A DNA stretch of 64,000 nt from Patescibacteria group bacterium (GCA_018825365.1 JAHJEV010000004.1:27527-91526), one strand, 5' to 3'. Positions 30,082 to 44,181 are shown, counted from the first letter of the stretch. Notes: a model not told the origin generated them from the letters alone. A program made the numbers and translations.

Positions 30082-30618
30082 ATGGCGGTGAGAAAAGTTA
30101 TTACTACACCAAATCCAATCTTAAACAAAAAAGCTCAAAAAGTGAGTGACATTGATAATGATGTGAGAAGTATCGCCCAAGATCTTCTGGACACCATAAA
30201 GGTAGAAAAAGATCCTGAGGGCGCAGGACTTGCTGCAACACAACTTGGAGAGTCAAAAAGAATATGCGTTGTGAGGCATTTCTATGAAGATCCGATAAAC
30301 CCGGAAAAAATTCAATCAGATGATTTGGTTCTTATTAACCCAAAAATTATCTCCCACTCCAAAGAAACGCAAACCGATTGGGAAGCGTGTTTAAGTGTTC
30401 CAGATAAGTATGGTTTGGTTGAAAGATTTGAAAAGATAAAGCTAACTGCTAAAGATTTAAATGGAGATACTCTTAAGATTAAGGCCGGGAGCTTCTTTGC
30501 AAGGACTATACAGCACGAGGTTAATCATTTAGACGGCATACTTTTCACATCAAAAGTGATTGGAAAAACCATATCTGAAAAAGAGTTTGACAAAATTATA
30601 GAAATGGAGAACAAATGA
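30082..30618 (+). CDS. def: peptide deformylase
   Basis: GAGLAATQ, EACLS, QHEVNHLDG. Confidence 0.95.
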   Translation: MAVRKVITTPNPILNKKAQKVSDIDNDVRSIAQDLLDTIKVEKDPEGAGLAATQLGESKRICVVRHFYEDPINPEKIQSDDLVLINPKIISHSKETQTDWEACLSVPDKYGLVERFEKIKLTAKDLNGDTLKIKAGSFFARTIQHEVNHLDGILFTSKVIGKTISEKEFDKIIEMENK

Positions 30619-31565
30619 AAAAAAATTTAAATGTAGTATTTTTTGGAACATCGGACAGATCAATCTCAATCTTAAAATCGCTTAAGAAAAGCTTTAACTT
30701 ACAGTTATGTGTGACAAAAACTGACACTAAAGTTGGTAGAAATCAAGAAAAAAGAGAAACTGCTGTTAAGAAATGGGCAATAAAAAATAGTATTAAGTTT
30801 GCAGAAGTCTCGTCACTAAAAGACAAGGATTTAGAGCAAGTTGCCAAACAAATTGAAAAACTAAAACCCGACTTTGGGGTAGTTACGGATTTCAGTTATA
30901 TAATCCCGCCTGAAATAATAAAGATTTTTGACACTAAACTTATAAACATACATTTTTCACTTTTACCCAAATACAGGGGGGCCAGTCCGGTCCAATTTTC
31001 GATACTAAACGGCGACGAAATGACAGGAATTACATTTTATATTGTGGATGAGAGAATGGATACTGGCAACATAATCAGCCAGATTGGGTATAAAATGTGT
31101 AGTAAAGAAACATCGGGGGAGCTTTACGACATACTTTTTAAAATCGCAGCCGACAAATTACCAGAAATTTTAGAAAAATATTCTCTTTCTCAGATCACTC
31201 CCCTTCCCCAAGATAAAGAATCGGCAACTTACACTTTCTCAAAAACACATCCTAAAAGCACATTCATTTATAAAGAAGATGCACAAATAAATTGGGTCCA
31301 AAAACCGGAAGAAATTGAAAGAATGATACGAGCGTTCAACCCATGGCCCATCGCCTGGAGCTATTTGAAAGATTTGGAAAAAACAAAATGCCTATCAAAC
31401 AGCAAAATAAATATGAAAGAAACTGTCAACAAAAACTTAAAAGTGAAAATATATAGCTCTGATGTTGTAGAGGAAAAACTAAGTATTAAAGAATTACAAA
31501 TAGAAGGGAAAAACAAAATGACCTGGGAAGATTTCAAAAACGGTTACTTAGCTCCTGTTAAATGA
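30615..31565 (+). CDS. fmt: methionyl-tRNA formyltransferase
   Basis: INIHFSLLPKYRGASP, MDTG, IRAFNPWP. Confidence 0.95.
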   Translation: MKKNLNVVFFGTSDRSISILKSLKKSFNLQLCVTKTDTKVGRNQEKRETAVKKWAIKNSIKFAEVSSLKDKDLEQVAKQIEKLKPDFGVVTDFSYIIPPEIIKIFDTKLINIHFSLLPKYRGASPVQFSILNGDEMTGITFYIVDERMDTGNIISQIGYKMCSKETSGELYDILFKIAADKLPEILEKYSLSQITPLPQDKESATYTFSKTHPKSTFIYKEDAQINWVQKPEEIERMIRAFNPWPIAWSYLKDLEKTKCLSNSKINMKETVNKNLKVKIYSSDVVEEKLSIKELQIEGKNKMTWEDFKNGYLAPVK

Positions 31566-31813
31566 GCCTTGATATCTTCTTGCTGTTTGTTTGCTGAAGC
31601 GGCCAATAACTCTCTTTCTTCCTTTACTATCCTCTTTAAGCACGAGGAACAAAGTCTAAATTTAACTTTCACACCATTTATTAAAAATCTTTTAATCCTA
31701 AGATTTGCAGATTTTCTGTTGATGGTTCTTCTGGAAACACGATTGCCAATCCCTCTATGAACTAAATTTCCTTTTTGATAAGTTTTTCCGCAGATTTCAC
31801 ACACTCTTGACAT
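31544..31813 (-). CDS. rpmB: 50S ribosomal protein L28
   Basis: MSRVCEICGK...GN.V...NL...LCSSCLK. Confidence 0.9.
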   Translation of the reverse strand: MSRVCEICGKTYQKGNLVHRGIGNRVSRRTINRKSANLRIKRFLINGVKVKFRLCSSCLKRIVKEERELLAASANKQQEDIKAHLTGAK

Positions 31814-31880
31814 AACATTGTGAATTAAAGCACATAGGGAGTTTAAAAGTCAACCAATTTTGACGCTTATGGGCAAAAAT

Positions 31881-31913
31881 AAAGGTCGGATTTAAAGAAA
31901 TATCCGACCTTTT
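31881..31913. terminator. intrinsic terminator hairpin
   Basis: AAAGGTCGGA...TCCGACCTTT inverted repeat downstream of the 31931-32221 ORF. Confidence 0.65.
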
Positions 31914-31930
31914 AGATCGCTAACCACTAT

Positions 31931-32221
31931 TTATGGTAACGATCCCTCCTCGAATCTTATAAAAATTCCGCAGTAGTCAGGACCGGCACACGATCTGCTG
32001 GCAGAGCACGTATCTCGAAATTGACATGTTTGCATGGGATCCGTTTCTGCCTCGGGCTTCTCGCATTCAAAATGCACACCAGCAGCGGGGGTCCCAAATA
32101 TTTGTTTCAGTTCCCTCCACAACCCCTCTGACTTGTAAGACTTTTTGCGATTTTCCTTCTTCCCCATTCTGAAAGAATCTCCACTGACACTTCCCTTTTT
32201 CCTACTACCTTTCTTTTTCAT
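31931..32221 (-). CDS. small basic, Cys-rich hypothetical protein
   Basis: AGGAGAG RBS; Lys-rich N-terminus, five Cys in the C-terminal half. Confidence 0.6.
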   Translation of the reverse strand: MKKKGSRKKGSVSGDSFRMGKKENRKKSYKSEGLWRELKQIFGTPAAGVHFECEKPEAETDPMQTCQFRDTCSASRSCAGPDYCGIFIRFEEGSLP

Positions 32222-32383
32222 TTTTTCTCTCCTTTTCTAATCAGAATAGTTGGTCCAAACATAGTAACACCAAAACGTTGTCAAATCAACTTATTAAAAC
32301 TTTTCCCTATCAAAAAATACAAAAATAAGTTAATATGCTAAAATCTTAAAGCAGGGGCTACCTTGATAATTAAGCGTAGATTG

Positions 32384-32458
32384 GCCGTCTTAGCTCAACG
32401 GTAGAGCAGACGCTTTGTAAGCGCCAGGTTGTGAGTTCGATTCTCACAGACGGCTCCA
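32384..32458 (+). tRNA. tRNA-Thr(TGT)
   Basis: GCCGTCT/AGACGGC acceptor stem, TGT anticodon, GTTCGA T-loop, CCA. Confidence 0.96.
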
Positions 32459-32487
32459 GTTTAAATTTCGAAAGAAGGTAGAAAAAT

Positions 32488-32787
32488 GTGAAAGGTTTTA
32501 TTGATTTTATTAGAAAACAAGGAGTAGTAGGCCTCGCAGTAGGTTTTATATTGGGCGGTGCTGTATCGGGTCTTGTCTCATCCATCGTTATGGATCTAAT
32601 CAATCCATTAATAGGTTTAGTGCTTGGGAAAGCCGGTAATCTTCAAACTGCTTTCATCAGTGTTGGATCCGCAAAACTAATGGTAGGAAATTTCATAGCT
32701 ACATTAATTGACTTTATAGTCATAGCTTTAGTCGTTTACTTTGGTGTTAAGTCTCTGGGTCTGGATAAACTAGACAAGAAAGACTAA
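32488..32787 (+). CDS. mscL: large-conductance mechanosensitive channel MscL family
   Basis: F..FI....VVGLAVGFILG...LV.S.V.DLINP...GNFIATLIDF. Confidence 0.9.
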   Translation: MKGFIDFIRKQGVVGLAVGFILGGAVSGLVSSIVMDLINPLIGLVLGKAGNLQTAFISVGSAKLMVGNFIATLIDFIVIALVVYFGVKSLGLDKLDKKD

Positions 32788-32803
32788 ATTGACAAAACAC
32801 AGT

Positions 32804-32878
32804 GCCTGGGTAGTTCAGTGGTAGAACGCTTCCATGGTAAGGAAGAAGTCGAGAGTTCGACTCTCTCCCCAGGCTCCA
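32804..32878 (+). tRNA. tRNA-Thr(GGT)
   Basis: GCCTGGG/CCCAGGC acceptor stem, CTTCC-ATGGTAA-GGAAG anticodon arm, CCA. Confidence 0.96.
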
Positions 32879-32978
32879 TTATTTGTATCTTTGTTTGCTT
32901 TTTTTAAATATCAAAAAATCCGAGTAGTTAATTGAGGTATTTAAATTACTTTAACCCAGCATCCAAATATCCCATAGC

Positions 32979-33007
32979 TTGACAATGAAAATTAGAAAAG
33001 ATATAAT
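32979..33007 (+). promoter_or_regulatory. consensus sigma70 promoter
   Basis: TTGACA (32979-32984), 17 bp, TATAAT (33002-33007). Confidence 0.8.
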
Positions 33008-33013
33008 CCTGGT

Positions 33014-33219
33014 ACCTTGAATAGGTAGCTCGCTTCTGCATTACCAAGTTTGTAAGGGTTAAATGGGGTGATTGAACCAGGCTTTAGTAGCTTTAGTGGT
33101 GTATTTACTAGTAGTGATTTAGTGTCAACCTACCCCATCCCCACGGCAATGGCAATGTATGAGCTACCTTAAAAGAATTCGACCGTGTACATATCTGCTC
33201 TTTGTATACGGTCTTTTTT
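33014..33219 (+). ncRNA. unidentified rod-shaped ncRNA with its own terminator
   Basis: AGGTAGCTC/GAGCTACCT, TGCATTACCA/TGGCAATGTA and ATGGGGT/ACCCCAT nested helices; terminator 33181-33219; no meaningful ORF. Confidence 0.65.
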
Positions 33220-33323
33220 GTTTCTCCCCCGATAACAATCGCTTTTAAACCTTCCCCTACTCTAATTTTGTACAAAAAAATCCGGCCTTTGAAAAATTAA
33301 TTCCAAAAAGCCGGATGGTGAGG

Positions 33324-33686
33324 TTAAGAAGATTCTCCGTTCTCCTCTTCCTCTTCATTCCCGTCTTTTTTCTTTTTTGTAAGCTTGATTTTCGAGCCCC
33401 CAAACATTTGACCGATTGATAGCCCAATGGGAATCATACGAACTATCAACTCGAATCTCAGATGCTGGAAGTCCTTCGTGTACAAACCAGCCAACCAAGA
33501 AGGGCTTACAGAAAAGCTACAAAAAAAGACAAACACCAAGATGAGGATGGCCCATCTTAGTCTGATATCGGGGTTTAATAATTTCCCGATAATAATGTAC
33601 CCCAAAAGAAAGGATGCTACCAAAACCAGCAAACCCCCTAAGGATACCGCAAGAGCCCCTTTCCCAATAAGTAAGAATGCGTCCAT
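33324..33686 (-). CDS. hypothetical membrane protein
   Basis: about three hydrophobic segments; AAGGAG RBS. Confidence 0.7.
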   Translation of the reverse strand: MDAFLLIGKGALAVSLGGLLVLVASFLLGYIIIGKLLNPDIRLRWAILILVFVFFCSFSVSPSWLAGLYTKDFQHLRFELIVRMIPIGLSIGQMFGGSKIKLTKKKKDGNEEEEENGESS

Positions 33687-33783
33687 CTTTTCTCTCCTTT
33701 ATTTTATAGGATATAGCAATTGTAAGCCAAAACAGCCTTTTTGTCGAAACTATGGGACTATGCTAGTAATTGAAAAAAAGAAA

Positions 33784-33982
33784 AACCTCGCAATTGCGAG
33801 GTTATAATATCTCCCCGATGTGTCGATCCACCAAGATCGGATCTCCGTTTGAGTTTAGATGGGTTCCAAGAATCGAAACTTTCGTTTCGAGAACTTTAGA
33901 TCCCGCTCGAAGATCTAACGATGGAAGATACTACACGACCTTCGGTTTACCCGAGCACACCAGGTTTGCTCGTTTGAGCATT
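33784..33982 (-). ncRNA. ssrS: probable 6S RNA
   Basis: TTGACA-17-TAAGAT promoter (34017-33989); CCTGGTGTG/CACATCGGG closing helix; central bubble; TTAGAT/ATCTAA helix; palindromic terminator 33784-33803 followed by a U-tract. Confidence 0.7.
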
Positions 33983-34054
33983 AATAAAATCTTAGCAACA
34001 TCAAGGACATTTGTCAATCTTGCCGTCTTTAGTATTTGCCTTTATAAAGGGAGA

Positions 34055-34657
34055 TTATAACCCTAGTAATTTCATTGATAAATCAACCAAAGGTGACAGT
34101 ATAAGAGAGGTCGTATTCGTGAAAACTAGAAACAACAAAATGAACATTCCATACCTTTGGATCTCTTGCCACTGTATAGCTAAATTCATGGGAAGAAATC
34201 CATACACAATTTTATTTCCATCTAAAGGACCAACTGGAATTAAGTTAAAAATTCCTAAAATAAGATTATAAAAAACTACTAAGTACAAAAAACCTCCGAG
34301 TAAACTACCTGCGCTGACAAGTCTTATTATTAGCGAAGCAGTAATTGCCAATATAAAATTAGAGGCTGGTCCGGCAAGAGAAATGAGTGCGGCATCCCTT
34401 CTTGGATTTTTTAAATTTAAAGGGTTAAAAGGAACAGGCTTTCCCCAACCAAACCTTGCAACAAGAAGAAATAGTGTACCCAAAGGATCTAAATGCGCGA
34501 GTGGGTTTAACGTTAATCTCCCCATGTTTTTCGCGGTCGGGTCACCAAGCTTATCAGCAACAAAAGCATGTGAAAACTCATGGAAAGTCAAAGACACTAT
34601 TAAGGCTACCATTAATAGTATTCCCAACTGCGGATTTTGAGTAAAAATATCTAGCAT
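34055..34657 (-). CDS. site-2 protease family (M50) protein
   Basis: HEFSH, GDPTAK..GRLTLNPLAHLD, AGP, FNLIPVGPLDG. Confidence 0.93.
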   Translation of the reverse strand: MLDIFTQNPQLGILLMVALIVSLTFHEFSHAFVADKLGDPTAKNMGRLTLNPLAHLDPLGTLFLLVARFGWGKPVPFNPLNLKNPRRDAALISLAGPASNFILAITASLIIRLVSAGSLLGGFLYLVVFYNLILGIFNLIPVGPLDGNKIVYGFLPMNLAIQWQEIQRYGMFILLFLVFTNTTSLILSPLVDLSMKLLGL

Positions 34658-34677
34658 ATCCTTCCAGCATTATATCA

Positions 34678-34899
34678 TTGAGCTTAAAAAAGAATCATGC
34701 TAAAATGTGCGGCGTGAGCAAGGTCATTAAATTCTTCAACCAGTCATTAGAAGAACTGAAAAAAATTCAGTGGCCCAGTAAGAAAGAAACCGTCCGACTT
34801 ACAGGCCTCGTCATTGGAATCAGCGCATTCGCTGGTTTGGTGATAATGTTATTTGACTATATATTTAAAAGGTTGTTGACCTTGCTACTTACAAAATAA
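34678..34899 (+). CDS. secE: preprotein translocase SecE
   Basis: ELKKIQWPSKKE plus one TM helix; upstream of nusG; start likely GTG at about 34714. Confidence 0.92.
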   Translation: MSLKKNHAKMCGVSKVIKFFNQSLEELKKIQWPSKKETVRLTGLVIGISAFAGLVIMLFDYIFKRLLTLLLTK

Positions 34900-34901
34900 A
34901 T

Positions 34902-35633
34902 ATGGATCAAAACATGGACCAAACAAATCCAAATACAAATGATCAAAGTACCGATCAAAACGATCAGGTTAGCCCCGCTGTACCTGAAGAAACTACTGTT
35001 GAACAGCCTGAAAATAAAACGGAGGAAAAAGAGGCAGGTGAAGTAGAGGAAGAAAAGGAAGAAGAAGCTGATGAAGAAACTGTCATTGTTGTAAACAAAG
35101 ATGTAGCAGAAAGTGCTCATTGGTACGTTGTCCACACATATTCTGGACACGAAAGCAAGGTTGCTGTGACACTAAAAGAAAGGGTTGTAGCGTCGGGTCA
35201 TTCAGATAAAGTGTTTAAAATTTTTGTTCCCCACCAGCAAAAAATAGTTGTGTCAGAAGGCAAAAAAAGATCGGTTGATGAAAAACTTTTCCCCGGGTAC
35301 TTAATGATACTGATGACCATGGATGACGAAAGCTGGTACATAGTAAGATCGACACCAGGGGTAACGGGATTTGTAGGCATGGGCTCAGAACCCACTCCCC
35401 TTCCTGAATCAGAAGTGCGAACCTTAATGAAATTTGCTAAGATGGAGGCTCCGAAATTTGAAGCCAAATTTAGAGTCGGAGATTCTGTAAAAGTAAACGA
35501 CGGACCTTTTAAAGATTTCTTGGGTAAGGTGGATGAGGTTAACGAAGAACAAGGAAAAGTAAGAGTGTTGATTTCAGTTTTTGGAAGGGAAACTCCGCTG
35601 GAATTGGACTTCGCCCAAGTCTCCCAACTTTAA
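34902..35633 (+). CDS. nusG: transcription termination/antitermination factor NusG
   Basis: WYVVHTYSGHE, FPGY, TPGVTGFVG, KOW motif, FGRETPLEL. Confidence 0.97.
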   Translation: MDQNMDQTNPNTNDQSTDQNDQVSPAVPEETTVEQPENKTEEKEAGEVEEEKEEEADEETVIVVNKDVAESAHWYVVHTYSGHESKVAVTLKERVVASGHSDKVFKIFVPHQQKIVVSEGKKRSVDEKLFPGYLMILMTMDDESWYIVRSTPGVTGFVGMGSEPTPLPESEVRTLMKFAKMEAPKFEAKFRVGDSVKVNDGPFKDFLGKVDEVNEEQGKVRVLISVFGRETPLELDFAQVSQL

Positions 35634-35653
35634 TTTGATAGAGGAAATAAAAT

Positions 35654-36094
35654 ATGCCGACAGTTAAAAAAGGTAAAAAAATAAAAGCAATAGTAAAACT
35701 TGCAATTGAAGCCGCAAAAGCAACCCCGGCACCTCCGGTTGGCCCCGCACTTGGCCAACATGGAGTTCCTATTATGGAATTTTGCAAGGAATTTAACGCC
35801 AGAACAACAAAAATGGAAGGCAACGTTATACCAGTTTTGTTAACTGTTTTTGAAGACAGGACTTTCAAATTTATAACAAAAACTCCGGTTTCTACGCACT
35901 TAATCAAAAAGGCGTTACAAATTCAAAAAGGTTCCGCAACCCCCAACAAGGAAAAAGTTGGAAAACTTACAAAGTCACAGCTTGAAGAAATCGCAAAAGT
36001 AAAAATGCCGGATTTAAATACTAAAACATTGGAAGAAGCCGTAAAAATAATTGAAGGGACCGCAAAGTCCATGGGAATTGAGGTTGAAAAATGA
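35654..36094 (+). CDS. rplK: 50S ribosomal protein L11
   Basis: [22 protein letters not shown]. Confidence 0.98.
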   Translation: MPTVKKGKKIKAIVKLAIEAAKATPAPPVGPALGQHGVPIMEFCKEFNARTTKMEGNVIPVLLTVFEDRTFKFITKTPVSTHLIKKALQIQKGSATPNKEKVGKLTKSQLEEIAKVKMPDLNTKTLEEAVKIIEGTAKSMGIEVEK

Positions 36095-36735
36095 AAAAAG
36101 AAAGAGAATCACAAGCATACCCAGTTGGCGAAGCTATCAAAAAAGTAAAAGCCGGATCAAAGGCTAAGTTTGATGCAACAGTTGAACTTCACATAAATCT
36201 TGATATTGATCCTGTTAAACAAAATGTCAGATTTCAAGCCAACCTTCCACATGGAACAGGAAAGACAAAGAAAGTTGCAGTTTTATCTTCTAAAAAAGTT
36301 CCCACCGCGGACATTTCTCTTAGCGAAACAGACCTTCCGAAAATTGAAAGCGGGGAAATCAAACCAAAAATCGATTTTGAAGTTCTTATAACAGAACCAA
36401 AGTACATGCCAATACTTGCAAAATATGCAAAAGTTCTTGGTCCCGCAGGTGTAATGCCAAATCCCAAAAACGGAACTGTCTCAGATGACGTTGAAAAAGC
36501 TATAGAGCAAATCAAAAAAGGGAAAGTGGACATTAAAACCGAAAAGGATGCCCCGATAATCCACACTATAGTAGGTAAAGTTAATTTCGAAGATAAAGCT
36601 TTAGAAGAAAACCTGATGGAAGTTATAAATATCCTGAAACAGAATAAGCCTCCAAAGACAAACCCGATCTGGATTAAAAGTATCTACATCGCCTCTTCGA
36701 TGGGACCGTCAGTTAAAGTTGCTTTGGAACTATAA
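36091..36735 (+). CDS. rplA: 50S ribosomal protein L1
   Basis: [31 protein letters not shown]. Confidence 0.97.
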   Translation: MKKERESQAYPVGEAIKKVKAGSKAKFDATVELHINLDIDPVKQNVRFQANLPHGTGKTKKVAVLSSKKVPTADISLSETDLPKIESGEIKPKIDFEVLITEPKYMPILAKYAKVLGPAGVMPNPKNGTVSDDVEKAIEQIKKGKVDIKTEKDAPIIHTIVGKVNFEDKALEENLMEVINILKQNKPPKTNPIWIKSIYIASSMGPSVKVALEL

Positions 36736-36747
36736 ATTCAACCTCAT

Positions 36748-37014
36748 CTAAATTCCGATATAGATATCAACTTTGTTAGCTATTACGTATAAAACGCCTT
36801 TTTCAAAATCAAATCTTTTTTCTGTAGGAAGCCCCTTATCGATAATGACGTAGTCCCTCACTAACGTAATAAAATTAGTATGCAGTAAGAGAATGTCAAA
36901 AACACCACTTTCATTCTTTGAGGTCAGTGTTAATACATTGCCGTCATAGAGTATCTTATTTTTTGATTTTATAGAAACATATAATTGCTTTGATTTGCCC
37001 AAAACATCTGTCAT
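36748..37014 (-). CDS. atpC: ATP synthase epsilon-like subunit (N-terminal beta domain only)
   Basis: G.FDIL..H..FIT; directly downstream of atpD. Confidence 0.75.
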   Translation of the reverse strand: MTDVLGKSKQLYVSIKSKNKILYDGNVLTLTSKNESGVFDILLLHTNFITLVRDYVIIDKGLPTEKRFDFEKGVLYVIANKVDIYIGI

Positions 37015-37018
37015 GGTG

Positions 37019-39275
<2,257 letters not shown>

Positions 39276-39279
<4 letters not shown>

Positions 39280-40781
39280 GGTCTAACTTTCTCCAAATAA
39301 TCTATAATTTCCTTGTGTTGAGCACTAATCTTACCCAATAGCTGGTTAAAATCCTCGCAGGAATCTATTAGTTTTTTAACCTTCCCTTTGAAAACGGGAT
39401 CTTTGTCATACAGTTTCTGCGCTTGTGACTTGTAAAACCCAATCTTACCCTGAGTTTCCTCTCTCAAAACGCCAGACCATATGAGAACAAAGAGAACTAT
39501 CTGGACATCAGTCGAGTATATTTCCTCGGTTGTCTGGTCAAAAAATTGATTGAGCCTCTTTCCCATTTCTAAAGTCGACTTAATACCCTCATTAAGCTCC
39601 GCTCCGAAGTGAATAAACCTTTCAGTTTTACTATGCAAATAGAAAAAGCTTGAAAGCTCTCTATTAATACCCCATCTGACTTTGTTTTGAGTTTGCCTGC
39701 CAACTCTAGTGACGGAAAGGAAATAATTAATAGCGGGCCTTTTCCCCTCCCTGTAAACAGCCTGGTCGAAAAAAATATGCCCGTCTGTTATAGACATCAA
39801 ATTGGTTTGAATGTAGCCGGTTATGTCACCTTCTATCGCCTCGGCAAGAGGGAGACATGTTATGGATGCAGCTTTGTTGTTCCCAATTTTGAAATTCCCC
39901 GCGCGTTCCAAAAGTCTTGAGTGTGCGTAAAATACATCTCCAGGATATGAGTCTCGTCCAGGAAACTTTTTTGAAATAAGTGACAATTCCCTATAATACT
40001 TAGCATGAGTAGACAAATCATCCAAAATTACTAGGACATCTTTACCTTTATCTCGAAAATATTCAGCTATTGTCATAGCAGTATAAGGTGTTAGGTATAT
40101 GTATCCAATTGGATCCGATGAAGCAGAGCCTACAATTATTACCCTATCTCGTAAACCAAGATTCTTCAGCTGTTCTTCAATTTTTTTAATTGAGTGTTTC
40201 TTCTTCCCGATTGCAGCATAAATACAAATTGTTCCAAGTTTTGCCTGAGACATGAGAGTTTGCAAAACAAAGGTAGTTTTACCGGTATTTCGGTCTCCTA
40301 TAATAAGCTCTCTCTGACCCTTACCCAGCGGTATTAGAAAATCAACCATCGAAACTCCGGTTTCCATGGAAACACTAATCCTTTGTCTCATATCAATTGT
40401 TGGCGGTACAGAATCAATGTTTCTGTGCTCTTCTATGCCAACAATAACTTTGTTTTCATAAAGAGACTCGCCCAAAGAGTTTAATACTCCCCCCAAAAGT
40501 CCCTCCCCCACCGGAATTTGAAGTATCTCGGCAGACCGTGATACCTGTGTCCCAACAGAAACCGCCTCGCTACTAAAAACCATAATCTCAACATAGTCAT
40601 CCAAAAGAGAGGTTACAACACCCATACACCCAGATTCAAAATAAACTAGTTCCGAAAGTCTCGCATTAGGCAAACCATTAACATAGACAACGGGATGCTT
40701 GACTTCCTCAACAAACCCAGTTTCCTTTGTTTTATCTAAACACGCAGCATATTTTTCCTTATAAGTATTGGTTAATGACAT
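39276..40781 (-). CDS. atpA: F1 ATPase alpha subunit (divergent)
   Basis: GKGQRELIIGDRNTGKT, PGRDSYPGDVFYAHSRLLERA, SITDG. Confidence 0.95.
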
Positions 40782-41259
40782 CTTTTGTCCTAAGATAATT
40801 AGCGATAACTGAATTAAATGTTAAATTGACATACTTACCACCAATAAAAAACTTCGCCCCACCTTTAAGTTTGGGGTTTAATTCAATATCCAACACAAAG
40901 TTTCCAAAACCAGACTCCTTTATTGTTTCGTGGGCTTCGTTTATAAAATCCTGTGACGGTTCGAATGCAATTTCTATTTTTACAAGTTCAGCCCCAGACA
41001 CCAGCTTTGTTAACTCCTCAAGCACTGCTCTAACGGACTTGGGACTCACATTTCCTGAGATCTGCCTGCAGATTTTTTCAAACCACAAAGGTTTAACTTT
41101 GTACTCTGCCTTTAACACAGCCTCACTAATGCATTTATCTACAATGTTTTTATCAAACTTCTCAGTCCCATACGTTTTTTCTATTACCATGCCAGCAAAT
41201 TCATAAAATTCATTCGCCTCATCTTTTGTTTTTATCAGAGATATAAAATCTTCCTTCAT
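40759..41259 (-). CDS. ATP synthase delta/OSCP-like subunit
   Basis: C-terminal NPKLKGG...GGKYVNLT resembles OSCP; upstream of atpA. Confidence 0.7.
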   Translation of the reverse strand: MKEDFISLIKTKDEANEFYEFAGMVIEKTYGTEKFDKNIVDKCISEAVLKAEYKVKPLWFEKICRQISGNVSPKSVRAVLEELTKLVSGAELVKIEIAFEPSQDFINEAHETIKESGFGNFVLDIELNPKLKGGAKFFIGGKYVNLTFNSVIANYLRTKDVINQYL

Positions 41260-41310
41260 AATCTTTAAACCTGTCTTCTGGTCCGCAATTTGTGAAATAT
41301 TGTTACAAAA

Positions 41311-42099
41311 TTACTTACCAGCACCAGGACGAACTGCTTCTCTCATCCCGGATTTCCTAAGTTCTTCCTTCAACATGCTTATTACTAACTTTTCTTGCTT
41401 AACTTGGTCCAAATCTTGCTTTATCACTTCGGCATATACGTTCGCCAGAATATCGAATATCCTGTTGTTAAGGTTTTTTAACTTCTCTGCCTTATATGCC
41501 TCTATTTCCTGCTCAATGGTTGCATATTCAGCCTGGACCTTGTCTTCAAGTTGACCCGTAGCCTCCAGGGTCTCTTTTTTGATAGCCTCTTTAAAATCTG
41601 TTACACCTTTCAAAGCCTCCTTTTTCATTGATTCCGTAGCCTCGTACAGTGTTCTGATATTATCTTCCTTGCCCTCTTCCACCGCATTTTTGTATGAATT
41701 AAGCAAATCTTTTGATAAATCCGCTAGAGATTTTTCCTGTTTTTCATATATGTTGTAAAGGTTATTATCGAGTTTTTCTTTACTTTCTTTGGATATCGTA
41801 TATGTGCTATTCAAAATACTCTGCGCCTTTGATTGGGCCCTTCCTAAGATCTTTAGAGAGTCTGCTTTAGCCCTATCTAATATCTTCAAGGCATCTTGAT
41901 AAGCACCTGCGCTTAAATTCTCACCCTCACATGATCCCCTGTTAAGTTTTCTCCTGCCCATTTTCTTACCTTTAGCAACAAGCAAGGAATAAGCTAAAAG
42001 AAGAAATCCTGTAAACAATAAGGCTAGCGCCAAAGTATCAAAATCAGCTCGACCGGAAACTATTATTTTGTCAGAAAATATAAAGGGCAGTGATTTCAT
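41311..42099 (-). CDS. ATP synthase b-like protein (TM plus coiled coil)
   Basis: one N-terminal TM helix and a long charged helix; operon position. Confidence 0.6.
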   Translation of the reverse strand: MKSLPFIFSDKIIVSGRADFDTLALALLFTGFLLLAYSLLVAKGKKMGRRKLNRGSCEGENLSAGAYQDALKILDRAKADSLKILGRAQSKAQSILNSTYTISKESKEKLDNNLYNIYEKQEKSLADLSKDLLNSYKNAVEEGKEDNIRTLYEATESMKKEALKGVTDFKEAIKKETLEATGQLEDKVQAEYATIEQEIEAYKAEKLKNLNNRIFDILANVYAEVIKQDLDQVKQEKLVISMLKEELRKSGMREAVRPGAGK

Positions 42100-42153
42100 A
42101 AGAATATTATATCTATGACTTTAGTTAATGCAAAGGTTAAATAAAAATCAATA

Positions 42154-43005
<852 letters not shown>

Positions 43006-44099
43006 TCAATATCATTAGTGAACTGCAATTAAAATGTTCGAATAAACAACAGACACACAACTACGATGCACAAACAGGAAATAAACAGAAATATAAAAAT
43101 TAATACAACAATGCCCTCAGTAAAAACTTTACCAAATATTGTCACTACGATATTTGGTAGGGTTGAAAATAACCCACAAAATACTGAAACAACTATAAAA
43201 TTATAAAATCCGAACAAAAAATACACCGAAAACTAAAAATACTCCAGCAACAAGAAAAAATCGAGTCAAAAGTATCTTATAGCCACTAAAATCTCTCTAC
43301 TTATGCTATAAGCCTACAAATTTTGACCGCATAAATTTACTATGAACCCCTACATTATTGATGGGCTTGAAAAATAAATACTCATTACTCACTAACTCAA
43401 CATTGATATAAAAAACATCTCGTAAATTATTGCAACCACAACCAACACACAAGTTAACGTTCCGGTTTCAAAATTAAGGCCGCAGAATGCCCTATTTTGA
43501 ATTTATTTGCAATTCTGGACCCAATATACCTTCAAACATAAAACACGGGATTTTAGAGGGCAAAAATCACCGCGATTTTTCAGAAAACTAAAAAAGTACC
43601 GGTGTTTCTACCGAGGCTAACAATGGGTCAATTATCTAAACAAAATAAGGAACTACTAAGATCTGAGCAATGTAAATATATATAAACAAAATTGCATATA
43701 AACTAATTTTTAATATTTTTGCCAAGTGCATTAAAAACAACCCCAACAAACGAATATTTGAATTTGAGTATTTAAATTATCCGATAAAATGCATCAGAAA
43801 ATAAAAAATTAAACCTTGTTATTTATTAACATAATAGCAACATACCCCACTCTACCAAGGTTGTTTTATGCTCCCAAGCAACGTATTTAGAATAACCATT
43901 CGAACCTTGCTTTTTATTGTAACAAAAGCAAAATGCCCCACTCTAACAAAGTAGTGTGTATACTTCTAAACCAAGGTTTTTGATACAAAACACATTTTAG
44001 AAATTATCTATAACGAACTAATAGAAAACATAGCAAAAGTGGTATGAGTAAAATCGTATCCCAAAACCTTATCAAATGTTATCACATAAAGAAAAGTAC

Positions 44100-44128
44100 T
44101 TGACATTGACACTGAATATTACTAAAAT
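44100..44128 (+). promoter_or_regulatory. sigma70 promoter of the giant gene
   Basis: TTGACA (tandem TTGACATTGACA), 17 bp, TAAAAT. Confidence 0.6.
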
Positions 44129-44181
44129 ATTTATAACATTACTAAACATCATTGTAGCAATATTTAGTAAGGTTTTTTTCA

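Noticed and set aside
33770-34060. 96-aa ORF in the track (labelled minus)
   Set aside because: The listed peptide actually reads on the + strand, and it lies antisense to the probable 6S RNA and its promoter; likely spurious.
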